DNA of 48,646 nt from Nautiliaceae bacterium (GCA_039831155.1 JBDONT010000010.1:1-48646), one strand, 5' to 3'; shown: positions 13,320 through 24,841, numbered from the stretch's first letter. Notes: generated by a model not told the origin, from the letters alone. Numbers and translations: made by a program.

Positions 13320-14156
13320 ATGCCGTGTAATGTAACAATGAAAGACTTATTAGAGTGTGGTGTACATTTTGGTCATCAAAAGAGAAGATGGAATCCGAAA
13401 ATGAAAAAATATATTTTCGGTGTAAGAAAAAATATTTATATTATCGACCTTCAAAAAACATTAAGACACATTAAATATGCTTACAATGTAGTTAAAAACG
13501 CTGCAGAAGAAGGAAAAACTATTCTATTTGTAGGTACTAAAAAACAAGCGGTAGACGCTATTAAAGAACACGCTACAAGATGTGGAATGCCATATGTAAA
13601 CCACAGATGGCTTGGTGGAATGGTTACAAACTTCAAAACTATTCAAAAATCAATTAGAAAACTTGAAATCATTGAAAAAATGGAAGAAACCGGACAAATT
13701 AATCTTTTAACTAAAAAAGAAAGATTAATTTTAGCTAGAAGAAAAGCTAAACTTGAAAAATTCATCGGTGGTATTAGACATATGAAAAAAATTCCTGATA
13801 TGCTTTTCATTATCGATACTGTAAAAGAAAAAATCGCAGTTGGTGAAGCAAATAAACTTGGTCTTCCGATTGTCGCACCTGTAGATACAAACTGCGACCC
13901 TGATTTAATCGACTATCCAATCCCAGGAAACGACGATGCGATTAGAAGTGTTAATCTATTCTGTAAAACAATTGCCGATGCGATTATCGAAGGAAAAGAA
14001 TTAGCGGCAAAAGAGGAAGAAGGTGGAGTAGAGCCTATTTCTCAAGAAGAAATCGCAGAGGAAGTAAAAGAGATTAAAGAAGAAGCAAAAGCTGAAGAAA
14101 AAACTGAAGAAGAAATTAAAGCTGAAACTGAAGAAATTAAAGCTGAGGAGGCGTAA
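13320..14156 (+). CDS. rpsB: 30S ribosomal protein S2
   Basis: [34 protein letters not shown]. Confidence 0.99.
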   Translation: MPCNVTMKDLLECGVHFGHQKRRWNPKMKKYIFGVRKNIYIIDLQKTLRHIKYAYNVVKNAAEEGKTILFVGTKKQAVDAIKEHATRCGMPYVNHRWLGGMVTNFKTIQKSIRKLEIIEKMEETGQINLLTKKERLILARRKAKLEKFIGGIRHMKKIPDMLFIIDTVKEKIAVGEANKLGLPIVAPVDTNCDPDLIDYPIPGNDDAIRSVNLFCKTIADAIIEGKELAAKEEEGGVEPISQEEIAEEVKEIKEEAKAEEKTEEEIKAETEEIKAEEA

Positions 14157-14157
14157 T

Positions 14158-15081
14158 ATGGCAAATATAACTGCTGCAATGGTAAAGGCGCTTAGGGAAA
14201 AAACAGGCGCCGGAATGATGGATTGTAAAAAAGCTCTTGTAGAAGCTGAAGGTAACGAAGAAAAAGCTATTGAAATCTTAAGAAAAAAAGGTCTTGCAAA
14301 AGCAGCTAAAAAAGCAGATAGAAACGCTGCTGAAGGTAGAGTTGAAATTTATATCAGTGACGATTACAAAAAAGGAAGTATTGCAGAAGTTAACTGTGAA
14401 ACCGACTTCGTTGCTAAAACTGACGAATTTATCGAATTTGTTAGCGAAACTGTAAAAATTATCAATGTAAACGACATTGCAGATGTTGAAAGCTTAAATA
14501 AAGCTCCTTTTGGTGAGGGAACTTTTGAAGAAGAGCTTAAAGTTAAAATCGCAAAAATTGGTGAAAATATCGTAGTTAGAAGAATTGCGACAATTAAAGC
14601 TCCGGAAAACGGAATCGTAAACGGATACATTCACGCCGGTGGAAAAGTTGGTGTACTTGTAGCAGCTGTGTGTGACAGTGAAAAAACTTGCGAAGCAATT
14701 AAAGGCACTTTAAGAGACATAGCAATGCATATTGCTGCAATGAAACCTCAATACTTAAACCCAGAAAGCGTACCGGCTGATGTGATTGAAAAAGAAAAAG
14801 AAATTGCAAAAGCTCAACTTCTAAAAGAAGGTAAACCGGAAAACGTAATTGAAAAAATTATCCCTGGTAAAATTAAAAGATTCTTTAGTGATGTATGTGT
14901 AACAGAACAAGAATACGTAAAAGCAGAGAAAAAAGAAACAGTTGCCCAGGCTTTAAGCAAAGCGGCAAAAGCTGTAGGTGGAGAAGCTAAACTTGTTGAC
15001 TTTATTAGATTTGAAGTTGGCGAAGGTTTAGTTAAAAACGCTTGCAATATGGCGGATGAAGTAGCAGCGGCTCTATCTTAA
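14158..15081 (+). CDS. tsf: Elongation factor Ts
   Basis: LREKTGAGMMDCKKAL, EVNCETDFVA. Confidence 0.99.
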   Translation: MANITAAMVKALREKTGAGMMDCKKALVEAEGNEEKAIEILRKKGLAKAAKKADRNAAEGRVEIYISDDYKKGSIAEVNCETDFVAKTDEFIEFVSETVKIINVNDIADVESLNKAPFGEGTFEEELKVKIAKIGENIVVRRIATIKAPENGIVNGYIHAGGKVGVLVAAVCDSEKTCEAIKGTLRDIAMHIAAMKPQYLNPESVPADVIEKEKEIAKAQLLKEGKPENVIEKIIPGKIKRFFSDVCVTEQEYVKAEKKETVAQALSKAAKAVGGEAKLVDFIRFEVGEGLVKNACNMADEVAAALS

Positions 15082-15096
15082 GCCTCTGCTTTTTTA
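15063..15096 (+). terminator. Probable intrinsic terminator of rpsB-tsf
   Basis: AGCAGCGGCT / AGCCTCTGCT imperfect stem followed by a T run. Confidence 0.55.
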
Positions 15097-15191
15097 TTTC
15101 TATTGCATTTAGTGCCAGGTGATTTTTTTAAATCCTTTAAAGGTTTTTTTATGTTTTAAATATTTTGTTATAATTTCTTAAAAAGGCCGTT

Positions 15192-15836
15192 ATGTTAAAA
15201 GTTAGAAATCTTACCCATTCTTTTGATTATCTTTTATTTGAAAACGTTAATTTAGAAATTAAACCGAAAGAAAAAATAGCTATCGTTGGAAGCAGTGGGA
15301 GTGGAAAATCGACTCTTCTTCATATTTTATCTTCGTTTTTAAAGCCAAATGCTGGGGAAGTTGTTATAAACGATAAAAATATTTACTCTTTAAAAGAAAA
15401 AGATTTAATTGAAATGAGAAAAAAAGAGATAGGGATTATCTTTCAGTTCCATTATCTTTTTAATACCTTTACGGCTCTTGAGAATTTAAAGGTTGCCGCT
15501 ATTTTAAGTAAAGAGAGTGTGGAGTTTGAACTTTTGGAGAGATTAAAAATAAAAGATGTTATAAATCAAAACATCCAAACCTTAAGCGGAGGTCAGCAGC
15601 AAAGAGTAAGTATAGCAAGAGTGCTTACTAAAAAACCTAAAATTATTTTTGCAGACGAACCTACCGGAAATTTGGATAAAGAAAATGCATATGAGGTTAT
15701 TGAAATTTTAAAAGAGTATTGTGATGAAAACGAGGCTTCTTTAATTACCGTAACTCACGATATGGATATCGCTAAAAAATTTGATAAAGTGTATGAATTA
15801 AAAAATAAAAAGCTGGTTTTAAATGGAGATAATTAA
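15192..15836 (+). CDS. ABC transporter ATP-binding protein (LolD-like)
   Basis: GSSGSGKST, LSGGQQQR, ADEPTGNLD. Position between tsf and fliR as in Campylobacter. Confidence 0.9.
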   Translation: MLKVRNLTHSFDYLLFENVNLEIKPKEKIAIVGSSGSGKSTLLHILSSFLKPNAGEVVINDKNIYSLKEKDLIEMRKKEIGIIFQFHYLFNTFTALENLKVAAILSKESVEFELLERLKIKDVINQNIQTLSGGQQQRVSIARVLTKKPKIIFADEPTGNLDKENAYEVIEILKEYCDENEASLITVTHDMDIAKKFDKVYELKNKKLVLNGDN

Positions 15837-16587
15837 CTATTTAACGCCCGTTAACGTAGTTACTTATTTACTTTTATTTGTGAGGATTAGTTCTTTTTTG
15901 TCTTTTTTGCCTTTTTTTAATTATACTACTATTCCTATGAGTGCGAAGGCTGCTTTTGCTTTTTGGCTTAGTATAGTGCTTTTTCCTTTGACTCCTAAAT
16001 TTTCTTATGAGATTAATTTTATTAATATTGTATTGAGTGTTTTAAATGAAGTTGCGTTTGCTTTTTTTGTAGGGACGGCTTTAGGGCTTATTTTTGATAT
16101 TTTAAGATATGCGGGAGAACAGATAAGTTTTGTCATGGGGTTTACTATGGCAAACGTCCTTGACCCGAATGCCGGAGTACAAACCACTATAGTTTCGCAG
16201 TTTCTTATTTGGGTTGCTGTTTTGGTGTTTTTGAGTTTCGGTGGGGATAGGCTTGAGATTATGTTTTTGGCAAAAAGTTTAACGATGTTGCCTTTTGGGG
16301 AGTTTTTTAATTATAAAAATGTTTATGAATATTTTATCATTTATATGGGCAAATATTTTTTGATAGGAATTGCTATGGCTTTTCCTATTATTGCGATTTC
16401 TTTAATGGGGGATATAATTTTTGGAATGATAATGAAAACTATGCCTCAATTTAACTTGCTTGTTATAGGATTTCCTATAAAAATTACGTTGGCGTTTTTG
16501 GTTTTAACGGCTATTTTAGCATCTATGATGCAGGTTTTTTCTATAAATATAAAAGAAGCCTTTGATGTGGTTTTAGGCTTTATCTAG
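15823..16587 (+). CDS. fliR: Flagellar export apparatus protein FliR
   Basis: Polytopic membrane protein with AGEQISFVMGF...DP and PQFNLLVIGFPIK. Confidence 0.95.
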   Translation: MEIINYLTPVNVVTYLLLFVRISSFLSFLPFFNYTTIPMSAKAAFAFWLSIVLFPLTPKFSYEINFINIVLSVLNEVAFAFFVGTALGLIFDILRYAGEQISFVMGFTMANVLDPNAGVQTTIVSQFLIWVAVLVFLSFGGDRLEIMFLAKSLTMLPFGEFFNYKNVYEYFIIYMGKYFLIGIAMAFPIIAISLMGDIIFGMIMKTMPQFNLLVIGFPIKITLAFLVLTAILASMMQVFSINIKEAFDVVLGFI

Positions 16588-17098
16588 CTAATCTGTAATC
16601 TGTTGATAAGATTCTTAAATGATTAAAAAACGAATTAAAATTGGCTATTAAAAATCTATCTTCGCTTATCATTAGATATTCGAAGTTTTTGTAAAAGGCC
16701 GAATAAGAGTAATTCGCACTTCCGGTAATTAAATACGTATTGTCTATAATAGTCGATTTTACGTGCATTTTTGCTTTTTCTCCGTTTTTGTAACTTTTTC
16801 CGGATAAAAGATATACGTGGATATTTTGGATGGTTGCTAGTGATGGAATAACGGAATATTTATATCTGGCTTCTTTTTTATCGGCTATTATGGTTATTTT
16901 TACTCCGTGGGCTGCTGCTATTTTAAGGGCTTTTGCTATTTTTTTATTTGTGAACGTATAAATAGTCATTTTTATGTTGTTTTTTGCGTGAGAGAGGAGA
17001 TAACATACTCTTTTTTCTGCGACTTTTCCGTCTTGTGGCATAAAAAAGACATCACTTGCAAATAAAAAAACACTAAAAAATATGAGTAATTTTTTCAA
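16580..17098 (-). CDS. Exported phospholipase D-family nuclease (Nuc-like)
   Basis: Signal peptide and a single HxK(x4)D motif (MHVKSTIID) plus TGSANYS. Confidence 0.88.
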   Translation of the reverse strand: MKKLLIFFSVFLFASDVFFMPQDGKVAEKRVCYLLSHAKNNIKMTIYTFTNKKIAKALKIAAAHGVKITIIADKKEARYKYSVIPSLATIQNIHVYLLSGKSYKNGEKAKMHVKSTIIDNTYLITGSANYSYSAFYKNFEYLMISEDRFLIANFNSFFNHLRILSTDYRLAR

Positions 17099-17145
17099 AA
17101 TTTCTCCTTTTTTAATATAATTATAATAAAAAAATGAGGTTTGCT

Positions 17146-18423
17146 ATGAAAATTCTTCTGATTACGTCAAATTCAACTATAGAAAAACTTTTTATTTTAA
17201 GTGCTGAGAAAAAAGGCGACGAAGTTGTTGTGTGTACGTCCGATAATTTAATAGAAGATGAGTTTAAAGCTGTTTTTATTGATAAAGACTCTTATTCTCA
17301 AGAACTTTATGAAAAATTGAAATCTTTATCTCCGGAAGCTAAATTTGTGCTTATCGTATCTAAAAAAGATGAAAAGCTTGACGGGTTTGATGATTATTTA
17401 ACTAAACCTTTTTTACCTACGGATTTGATTGAGATGTTGGAAAAACTTCCTCAAAAAGGTGGAAGTATATCTTCTAATAACGAAGATATGGATATAGAGA
17501 GCTTCGATGAATTTAAAGATTTGGAGCATAATGATTTTGATGATGAATTTGATTTTGAAGAGTTTTCTTTAGAAGATGAAAAAGAACATTTTGATAATGA
17601 ATTGATGGAAGATGAAATTGTAGGTGATGACGGTTTTGAAATAAGTGAAGACGAACTTGAAAAAGAAGCACCTGATAGTGATATTGAAGAAGAATTTGAG
17701 ATAGATGAAAATGAGTTAAAAGATGAACCTTTATCAGAAAATGGCAAGGTTGATGAAATGGAAGTTGATTTGGAAGCTTTGGAAGATAATAAAAATTTGG
17801 ATATTTTAGAAGATGAAGTAATGCTTGATGATGAAAAGGTAAAAGAGTTTGCCGACTCTTTACAAGAGATTGATAATTCTTTAGAAGAAATTGAGGAAGT
17901 TGAAGAGATAAATGACGATAAAGCTATGCAAGATGATTTGAAGTTGGAAGAATCTAATAGTGAAAATCAGGAAGATGAAACGGTTGGAGATATTTCACAA
18001 GATATTGTAGAAAATAGTGATGATAGTACGCTTGAAGATGAAATGTTAAAAGAAGATGTAGAAAATGAGGATATTAAAGAAGATTTTGAGGATGAAATTA
18101 GTATTGAGAATGAAGATGTTGAAAAGATAAAGAGCGAAGAAAATATCGAAGATGAAAAAGAAGACGAATTTAGTGATATTGATGAATATGAACTGGCCAG
18201 TGCTTTGGGAGAAGAGATGGAAATTGATGAAAAACCTCAAGAGAGTGTTGAGAATGAAGAAGAGACTCAACAAAATGTAAAAGAAATTGAAAAAGAAGAT
18301 TTTGTAGAAGAACCTAAGATGGGTTTGGAAGAAAAGACTCTTGGAAATATCTTAAATATTAACTGGGAAGAGCTTAAAAAAGCAAAAGCAAAAGTAACTA
18401 TAACAATAGATTTTGGAGATTAA
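17146..18423 (+). CDS. Highly acidic protein with N-terminal receiver-like domain
   Basis: N-terminal MKILL...DYLTKPFLP followed by a long D/E-rich region. A highly acidic protein lies between fliR and gmk in Campylobacter. Confidence 0.8.
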   Translation: MKILLITSNSTIEKLFILSAEKKGDEVVVCTSDNLIEDEFKAVFIDKDSYSQELYEKLKSLSPEAKFVLIVSKKDEKLDGFDDYLTKPFLPTDLIEMLEKLPQKGGSISSNNEDMDIESFDEFKDLEHNDFDDEFDFEEFSLEDEKEHFDNELMEDEIVGDDGFEISEDELEKEAPDSDIEEEFEIDENELKDEPLSENGKVDEMEVDLEALEDNKNLDILEDEVMLDDEKVKEFADSLQEIDNSLEEIEEVEEINDDKAMQDDLKLEESNSENQEDETVGDISQDIVENSDDSTLEDEMLKEDVENEDIKEDFEDEISIENEDVEKIKSEENIEDEKEDEFSDIDEYELASALGEEMEIDEKPQESVENEEETQQNVKEIEKEDFVEEPKMGLEEKTLGNILNINWEELKKAKAKVTITIDFGD

Positions 18424-18424
18424 A

Positions 18425-19051
18425 ATGAATGGGAAAAACGGAAGTATTTTAGTAGTTTCAGGTCCTAGTGGAAGTGGTAAAACATCGCTTGCCAGAAAAG
18501 TTTGTGAAGAGTTTGGAGATAGGGCGTATTTTAGTATCTCAAGTACTACGCGTCCTAAAAGAGAAGGCGAAGAAGAAGGAGTTGATTACTATTTTTTAAC
18601 TAAAGAGGAGTTTATAAAAGATATTGAAGACGGATATTTTCTTGAATGGGCAGAAGTTCACGGGAATTTTTACGGAACCAGCAAAAGACAGATAGATAAG
18701 GCTTTAGGTGAAGGTAAGATAGTATTTTTAGATATTGACGTACAAGGGTATGAACTTGTTAAAAAGGCTTATCCGGATATTACTACCGGTATTTTTGTAA
18801 CTACTCCTAATGAAGAGATATTAAAACAAAGACTCTTAAATAGAGGTACGGAGACTGAAGAGAGTTTAAAGGTTAGAATGTTTAACGCGTTACAAGAGAT
18901 GAAAAAAATCCCGGAATATGATTATTTGCTTATAAATGATGATTTTGATGAGGCTAAAGAGTTTTTAAAAAGTGTTGCAATTGCTAGTTTGATTAAAGTG
19001 AGCAAATATGATATCGATAAATTTATAAACGAATGGAAAGGAAATAAATGA
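18425..19051 (+). CDS. gmk: Guanylate kinase
   Basis: [39 protein letters not shown]. Confidence 0.97.
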   Translation: MNGKNGSILVVSGPSGSGKTSLARKVCEEFGDRAYFSISSTTRPKREGEEEGVDYYFLTKEEFIKDIEDGYFLEWAEVHGNFYGTSKRQIDKALGEGKIVFLDIDVQGYELVKKAYPDITTGIFVTTPNEEILKQRLLNRGTETEESLKVRMFNALQEMKKIPEYDYLLINDDFDEAKEFLKSVAIASLIKVSKYDIDKFINEWKGNK

Positions 19052-20670
19052 AAAAAAGAGTAAGTAATATTTTAAGAGAACATCTAAACGAGCATCCTCC
19101 GATTCAAAAACCAAGAGAGAAAAAGTTCGGTCATTTTGCAGTACCGGTTTTTAAATATGCAAAAATAAACAAACAAAATCCCGTTGAGTTTGCTAAAAAT
19201 TTATGTGAAAAGCTTAAAGGTTGCGAAGAATTTGAGAGTGCGGAGCCTTTGAGCGGGTTTGTAAATATTAAGCTTAGCGATAAATTTTTAGATGAATTTG
19301 CAAATAGAGTAATTGAAGAGAAAGATACTTTTGCTAAAGGTAGCGGAAAAGAAAAAATACTTCTTGAATACATTTCAGCCAATCCTACGGGACCACTTCA
19401 TATAGGACACGCAAGAGGAGCGGTGTTTGGAGATGCCTTAGCACGTATAGGAAGACACGTAGGGTATGATATAGTGACTGAATATTATGTAAATGATGCC
19501 GGGCGTCAGATTAATCTTCTTGGACTTTCCGTATATCTTAGTGCAAGAGAAATTTTAGGACTTAGCGTTGAGTGGCCGGATGAATATTATAGAGGTGAAT
19601 ATATAAAAGATTTAGCAAAAGAGGCTATAAGTGAATTTGGAGAAGAGTATTTTAAAAAACCTGTAGAAATTATAGAAATTGATGGAAAAAAAGAAGCTAA
19701 ATTTGAAGATGAGAGACTAAGTCTATGGGCAAAAGACAAGATGCTTGAAGAGATTAAAAAAGATATAAAAGCCCTAAACGTTACACTGTTTGATAATTGG
19801 GTTAGTGAGAGAAGTCTTTATAAATATTGGGATGAGGTTAGAAAAATTCTTGAAGAGCACAATGCTTTATATGAAAAAGACGGGAAAATCTGGCTAAAAA
19901 GTAGTGAGTTTAAAGATGAAAAAGATAGAGTTGTAGTTAGAGAAGACGGGCGTCCAACTTACTTAGCAGGGGATATTATTTATCATTGGGATAAATTCAA
20001 AAGAGGCTATGATAGATACATAAATATCTGGGGAGCGGACCATCACGGATATATTGCAAGGGTAAAGGCTGCTATTAAGTTCCTTGGATTTGAGCCTCAA
20101 AAACTTGAAATACTTCTCTCTCAAATGGTTAGACTCCTAAAAGGTGGAGAGCCTTATAAAATGAGCAAAAGGGCTGGGAATTTTATATTAGTTAGAGATG
20201 TAGTTGAAGATGTTGGGGCTGATGCACTTAGATTTGTGTTTTTAACAAAAAAAGCCGATACTCATCTTGAATTTGACGTTGATGATTTAAATAAAGAGGA
20301 TGCAAGTAACCCAAACTATTATGTAAACTACGCTCATGCAAGAATTAGAAGTATTTTTAGAAACAAAGGAATTGAATATGACGATGTTAAGGGAGTTGAG
20401 TTAAAAAATCTTACAGAAGATGAGAAGGATTTATTGTTTTTAGCTCTTCAGCTTCCATATGTACTTGAAGATGCGTTTAATGCAAGAGAGCCACATAGAC
20501 TTACAAACTTTTTAATTGAACTGGCAAGTGAATTTCATAGGTTTTATAATAAAAACAAAGTGATTGGAAGTGAAAGAGAAGATATTAGACTAAAAATTTT
20601 AGCAGTTGCTGGAAACATTATTAAACTTGGTCTTAGTCTTCTTGGAATTAAGGCTAAGGAGAGAATGTAG
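19048..20670 (+). CDS. argS: Arginine--tRNA ligase
   Basis: [35 protein letters not shown]. Confidence 0.98.
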   Translation: MKKRVSNILREHLNEHPPIQKPREKKFGHFAVPVFKYAKINKQNPVEFAKNLCEKLKGCEEFESAEPLSGFVNIKLSDKFLDEFANRVIEEKDTFAKGSGKEKILLEYISANPTGPLHIGHARGAVFGDALARIGRHVGYDIVTEYYVNDAGRQINLLGLSVYLSAREILGLSVEWPDEYYRGEYIKDLAKEAISEFGEEYFKKPVEIIEIDGKKEAKFEDERLSLWAKDKMLEEIKKDIKALNVTLFDNWVSERSLYKYWDEVRKILEEHNALYEKDGKIWLKSSEFKDEKDRVVVREDGRPTYLAGDIIYHWDKFKRGYDRYINIWGADHHGYIARVKAAIKFLGFEPQKLEILLSQMVRLLKGGEPYKMSKRAGNFILVRDVVEDVGADALRFVFLTKKADTHLEFDVDDLNKEDASNPNYYVNYAHARIRSIFRNKGIEYDDVKGVELKNLTEDEKDLLFLALQLPYVLEDAFNAREPHRLTNFLIELASEFHRFYNKNKVIGSEREDIRLKILAVAGNIIKLGLSLLGIKAKERM

Positions 20671-21092
20671 TGAAGGCGTTAATTAGTGAGTGTATGCTAG
20701 GAGTTGCGTGTAGGTATGATGGAAAATCTAAGCCTTTGAGTGATGAGATTTTAAATAAACTAAGAGAAAAATATGAGCTTGTTCCTTTTTGCCCGGAAGC
20801 CTTTTCTCTTCCAACGCCTCGCCCTCCTGCAAGGTTTGTTGGTGATAGGATAATTGATATAAACGGAGTTGATAAAACCAAAGAGTTTTTAGCTGGGGCA
20901 AAAGAAGCCCTTAGGATTTGCAAAGAAAAGAGGATAAAGATATTTATCGGAAAAGAGAAATCTCCAAGCTGTGGAGTTAAAAAAACAAGTGCTTATGTTA
21001 ATGGGTGTGAATGTAAGTGCGATGCACCTGGACTTACAAGCAAAATTTTAAAAGAAAACGGAATTGAGCTTATAAGTGAATGGGATTTGTAA
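20670..21092 (+). CDS. DUF523 / 2-thiouracil desulfurase-family protein
   Basis: SECMLGVACRYDG, CPE...PTPRPP, KSPSCG. Confidence 0.9.
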   Translation: MKALISECMLGVACRYDGKSKPLSDEILNKLREKYELVPFCPEAFSLPTPRPPARFVGDRIIDINGVDKTKEFLAGAKEALRICKEKRIKIFIGKEKSPSCGVKKTSAYVNGCECKCDAPGLTSKILKENGIELISEWDL

Positions 21093-21102
21093 AGGAGAAG
21101 GG

Positions 21103-21906
21103 ATGAAAAAGTTATTGTTTTTTTTTGTATTGGTGTTTTTAGTGGGGTGTGCTAGTCATATTTATCCGGCAAAAGTTGAGAAAAAAAGTGCTACTTTAGA
21201 AAAAGTTAATAATATTGATAATTTGCCTCAACAGCCTTTCACCGATAAAGTAATAGCCATAGTGGCACCGGAAATTCATTTTATAAAAGATGAAGATAAA
21301 AGTACTTTTGATATTGATGATATTTTTACGAAGACTTTAAAGTCCAAACTTTCCGTTTATATGATATCGGATATAGAGGAGCTTTTGTTGAAAAAAGGTT
21401 TTAAGATTAAAGGTCCTTATGATTCTTTTGATGAAATTACTTATGAAGATAAGAAAAAGACTTATTTGGCGTTTGTTCCAAAAGTTTATTTATATATCAA
21501 AAAAGAGACAAAAGACAGATACTGTGCTATGAATTATTGTTTTGAGAGGGGAGTTTTAAAAATAAGTGGAAATGTGAAAATTATTTTGGAAGAGCCTTTA
21601 ACAAAGCAGATTTTTATGGTTAAAAATATTAAAATACAATCTTTTTCTCAAGAGTATGAGTATGGCAGTCCTTTTGTTTTTAATTTGAATTCTCAAAACT
21701 CTTTAAATCAAATCGGTCTTTTAAATCAAAGAAATATTCCTCTTCAAAAAAGAGTTGTAATTGATAATACCCAAAAAGTTTTAGCCGACCTTTTAAATAA
21801 GTTTTATCACTCTTTTGTTTCTCAAATGATAAAATATATAGATAAAGAAGAAATTTTAAGCTACGCAAAAGATATTAAACATTTAAAAGCTCAAAAGAGA
21901 TATTAA
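21103..21906 (+). CDS. HpaA-like (neuraminyllactose-binding hemagglutinin family) lipoprotein
   Basis: Lipobox LVGC, KKGFKIKGPYDSFDEITYEDKK, EPLT motif. Start at ATG 21103 after an RBS. Confidence 0.7.
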   Translation: MKKLLFFFVLVFLVGCASHIYPAKVEKKSATLEKVNNIDNLPQQPFTDKVIAIVAPEIHFIKDEDKSTFDIDDIFTKTLKSKLSVYMISDIEELLLKKGFKIKGPYDSFDEITYEDKKKTYLAFVPKVYLYIKKETKDRYCAMNYCFERGVLKISGNVKIILEEPLTKQIFMVKNIKIQSFSQEYEYGSPFVFNLNSQNSLNQIGLLNQRNIPLQKRVVIDNTQKVLADLLNKFYHSFVSQMIKYIDKEEILSYAKDIKHLKAQKRY

Positions 21907-21909
21907 AGA

Positions 21910-22578
21910 CTAGGAAAGCTCGTAAAGCTCTCCTTTTTCTAAATGTATTTGTCTGTATTTTATATTGAATGTTTGAGGTAGAGAGTGAGAAGCTATAAGG
22001 ATTGTTATGTTTTTTTCTCTGTTTGCCATAATAAATAAATCCATTACTAAACTTGCCGAATATTCATCGAGTCCCGAAATGGGTTCGTCTGCCAAAATCA
22101 TAACCGGGTCGTGAATTATGGCTCTTGCAATTGCCGCTCTTTGCTGTTCACCTCCGCTAAGTTCGGCCGGATATTTATCAAGTTTATGAGCTAGATTAAC
22201 TTTATCTAAAAGTTGTATTGCTTTATTTTGGGCATTTTTTTTATCTATACCTATTATTAGCAAAGGGAGCATAACATTTTTTAATATAGTCCATTCCGGT
22301 ATTAATTTATAATCTTGAAATACTACTCCTAGATATTTTCTCAAATAAGTGAGCTTTGATTTTTTTATTTTATAAAGTTCTATTCCACCTACGTTTAAAG
22401 AACCTTTAATTATCGGAATTTCTCCGTATAAAGATTTAATAATTGTAGTTTTTCCGCTTCCGCTGACTCCGGTTAAAAATACAAAATCTTGTGTATTAAT
22501 TTTGAAATTAGCATTTTTTATAACCGGGATTTTATTATATCCGGTGTATAAATTTTTTGCTTCTACAAGGATTCTCAT
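21910..22578 (-). CDS. ftsE: Cell division ATP-binding protein FtsE
   Basis: FVFLTGVSGSGKT, GVVFQDYKLI, LSGGEQQR, downstream of trmB as in Campylobacter. Confidence 0.85.
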   Translation of the reverse strand: MRILVEAKNLYTGYNKIPVIKNANFKINTQDFVFLTGVSGSGKTTIIKSLYGEIPIIKGSLNVGGIELYKIKKSKLTYLRKYLGVVFQDYKLIPEWTILKNVMLPLLIIGIDKKNAQNKAIQLLDKVNLAHKLDKYPAELSGGEQQRAAIARAIIHDPVMILADEPISGLDEYSASLVMDLFIMANREKNITILIASHSLPQTFNIKYRQIHLEKGELYELS

Positions 22579-23675
22579 TTAAACAACCTTTTTAATTCCA
22601 GATGAGCTAAATAATTTTCTTTTATAGGAGCCGGTTTTTTGAAATATTGAGGCTTCTCTTTATTTAGGATGTAGATGTGTTCCGGTCTATTGAAATTACC
22701 GATAGTAGCTCTTATAAGCTCTTTTTCATCGTCTATTTTAAACACTTTTTCTATATGTATTACGAAGTTGTCGTATATTTTAGGTTTAAAATCCAGATTT
22801 ATAAGTTTTCTTTCAAAGCTGAAATCAAAATTTTCTTCTAGTTTAGGAGATATTTCGTGATTTATCATATAAATATCGTAGATGTTTTTATTCATTTTTC
22901 TCCATCTGTCTTCGTATTTGCTTGATATCTCATAAGGGATGTTTTTTTTTACTTTTAAATCTATCTCTTTAAAACTTAAAAACTCCTTTAAAGAATATTC
23001 GAAGTAGTTTTCACTATCTGTCCTTAGGTGTAAAAACCCATCTTTTTGTAGAGTTCTTATCGATTCTTTGATGAAGTCTTTGTTTATTACTCTTCTGTGA
23101 GGTTTTTTATCCCACGGTACCGGGAAATGTACATAAATGGAGTGAAGATTGTTTGAAGGGATTTTACTTAAAATAATTCTTGCGTCGTGATTTATTATTC
23201 TTATGTTTTCTATTTTTTCGTGAATACATCTTTTTAAGACCTGTTCGATTGAAGGTTTATGGATTTCTATTCCTAATATTGTTTTATCGGGATATTTTTT
23301 TGCCAAATGAATTAAGTGTCTACCGCTTCCAAACCCCACTTCCACTATATCTATATCACTTAGGTCGTCTTCTATCGAAAGTAGGTTTTGATTTGGAATT
23401 TTCTCTTTTATTCCGTTTATGTTTTCAAATAAAACATTAGCTTCGTTTAATTTTACAAAAGCTAAGTATGCTTTTTTTATTTCACTTATAAGTGGTCTTG
23501 TAATTTTGTCGTATTTAACTAAATAGCCGTTATCTTTTTTTAACACTTTTATTAAAAAAGTGGCTTTTTTAGTTTTTACGCCTATTAACTCTTCTGCTTT
23601 GAATAAAAATTCAACATCGTCTACTTTTATAGGAAAATCTGTTTTTTTAAGTTTGTCTATTACTATATGCGGCAT
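22575..23675 (-). CDS. trmB: tRNA (guanine-N7)-methyltransferase
   Basis: VEVGFGSG, GIEIH, HFPVPWDKKPHRR, LRTD. Confidence 0.95.
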   Translation of the reverse strand: MPHIVIDKLKKTDFPIKVDDVEFLFKAEELIGVKTKKATFLIKVLKKDNGYLVKYDKITRPLISEIKKAYLAFVKLNEANVLFENINGIKEKIPNQNLLSIEDDLSDIDIVEVGFGSGRHLIHLAKKYPDKTILGIEIHKPSIEQVLKRCIHEKIENIRIINHDARIILSKIPSNNLHSIYVHFPVPWDKKPHRRVINKDFIKESIRTLQKDGFLHLRTDSENYFEYSLKEFLSFKEIDLKVKKNIPYEISSKYEDRWRKMNKNIYDIYMINHEISPKLEENFDFSFERKLINLDFKPKIYDNFVIHIEKVFKIDDEKELIRATIGNFNRPEHIYILNKEKPQYFKKPAPIKENYLAHLELKRLFK

Positions 23676-24841
23676 TAGTAACTAACCTTTACTTCTATTG
23701 GATTTGAGATAAGTCCGTATTTGTCTACGGAGTATATTTTGTATTGGTATGTTTTTTTGTGCTGAATGTTCGTATCTGTGAAAACGTTTGATTTAGTAAT
23801 ATATTTTTGCTTTCCTTTTATAATCAAATATTTTACCGCACGGTTATCCGGAGATGATAGGAGAAGTTCTATTTTGTTGTTTAAAATATTTGTAGAAACT
23901 AGAGGTTTTGCCGGTATTGGCAGACTCTCTCCTAAAACTTCCGGAGATTTATCAAGTAATGATTCCGTATCGTGAATACTTACGGCGGTTATTTTGTAGT
24001 ATTTTTTTGCTCCGTCTTTATTTACTTTATCTATAAAAAAGGTTGAAGTTGTTTTGGCTATGGGTTTGAATCCGAAAAGCTCTTTTTCATATATTTTATA
24101 ATATTTGGCATTTTTTACTTTTTTCCATGTAAGTTGTATTTTTTTCGGTAGGTTGTGTGAGGCTTTTACATCTTGAACGATTGGTGGTTTAGGATAGGTT
24201 GAAACTTTTAAAATATTGGAAGGTAAAGATTTTAGTCCGTCAAAACTGTAAGCGATAATTCTATATTTGTATGTTTTCCCGTCTTTTAGATTTTTGTCTA
24301 TATATTCTACGTTGTATCTTGGTGTAAGGTTTGCTATGTTTTCCCATTTGGTGGATTTGTCGTTAAATTTTTGGATTATATATCCTTTTACTCTTTCATT
24401 TTTATGAGGTCTGAAGATTATTTTCACCATTCCTTTATTTAGGGGTTTTATCTCAAGTGGAATTACTTGAGAAATTGTAGGAAGGGTTGTTTGGGATGTT
24501 ACTATGGCAAGTGAGGGGATACCTTTTTTATCGAATGTTGCTATTCTGTATTTATAAAAAGTAGTCGGTTTTAAGTCGGTATCGACGTAAAGAGATTTAA
24601 AAGGATCTTTTATGGTTTTTAGCATTTGCCATTTTTTTGTTTTGAAGTTATATCTTTGTATGTAGTATCCGGAAATATTTTTTACTACACTCCATTTTAA
24701 TGCCATTGCGTTTCTGTCCGGATAAGCTTTGAAGTCGGTCACTTTAGGTAGATTCGGATTGGATTTCGGTGCCGGTTTATTGTTTATTGCACAGCCGGTT
24801 ATAATTATTAAACTTGTCAGATAAATTATCAATCTCTTCAT
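23675..24841 (-). CDS. Fibronectin type III repeat lipoprotein (FlpA-like)
   Basis: Lipobox ITGC from ATG 24841 and repeated W...Y.I.R...D..L....Y.Y.I FN3 patterns. Confidence 0.88.
   Translation of the reverse strand: MKRLIIYLTSLIIITGCAINNKPAPKSNPNLPKVTDFKAYPDRNAMALKWSVVKNISGYYIQRYNFKTKKWQMLKTIKDPFKSLYVDTDLKPTTFYKYRIATFDKKGIPSLAIVTSQTTLPTISQVIPLEIKPLNKGMVKIIFRPHKNERVKGYIIQKFNDKSTKWENIANLTPRYNVEYIDKNLKDGKTYKYRIIAYSFDGLKSLPSNILKVSTYPKPPIVQDVKASHNLPKKIQLTWKKVKNAKYYKIYEKELFGFKPIAKTTSTFFIDKVNKDGAKKYYKITAVSIHDTESLLDKSPEVLGESLPIPAKPLVSTNILNNKIELLLSSPDNRAVKYLIIKGKQKYITKSNVFTDTNIQHKKTYQYKIYSVDKYGLISNPIEVKVSY

Noticed and set aside
17146..18423. Acidic low-complexity protein as a novelty or repeat
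   Set aside because: It matches the known highly acidic protein in conserved fliR-gmk synteny, with no discrete DNA repeat unit.
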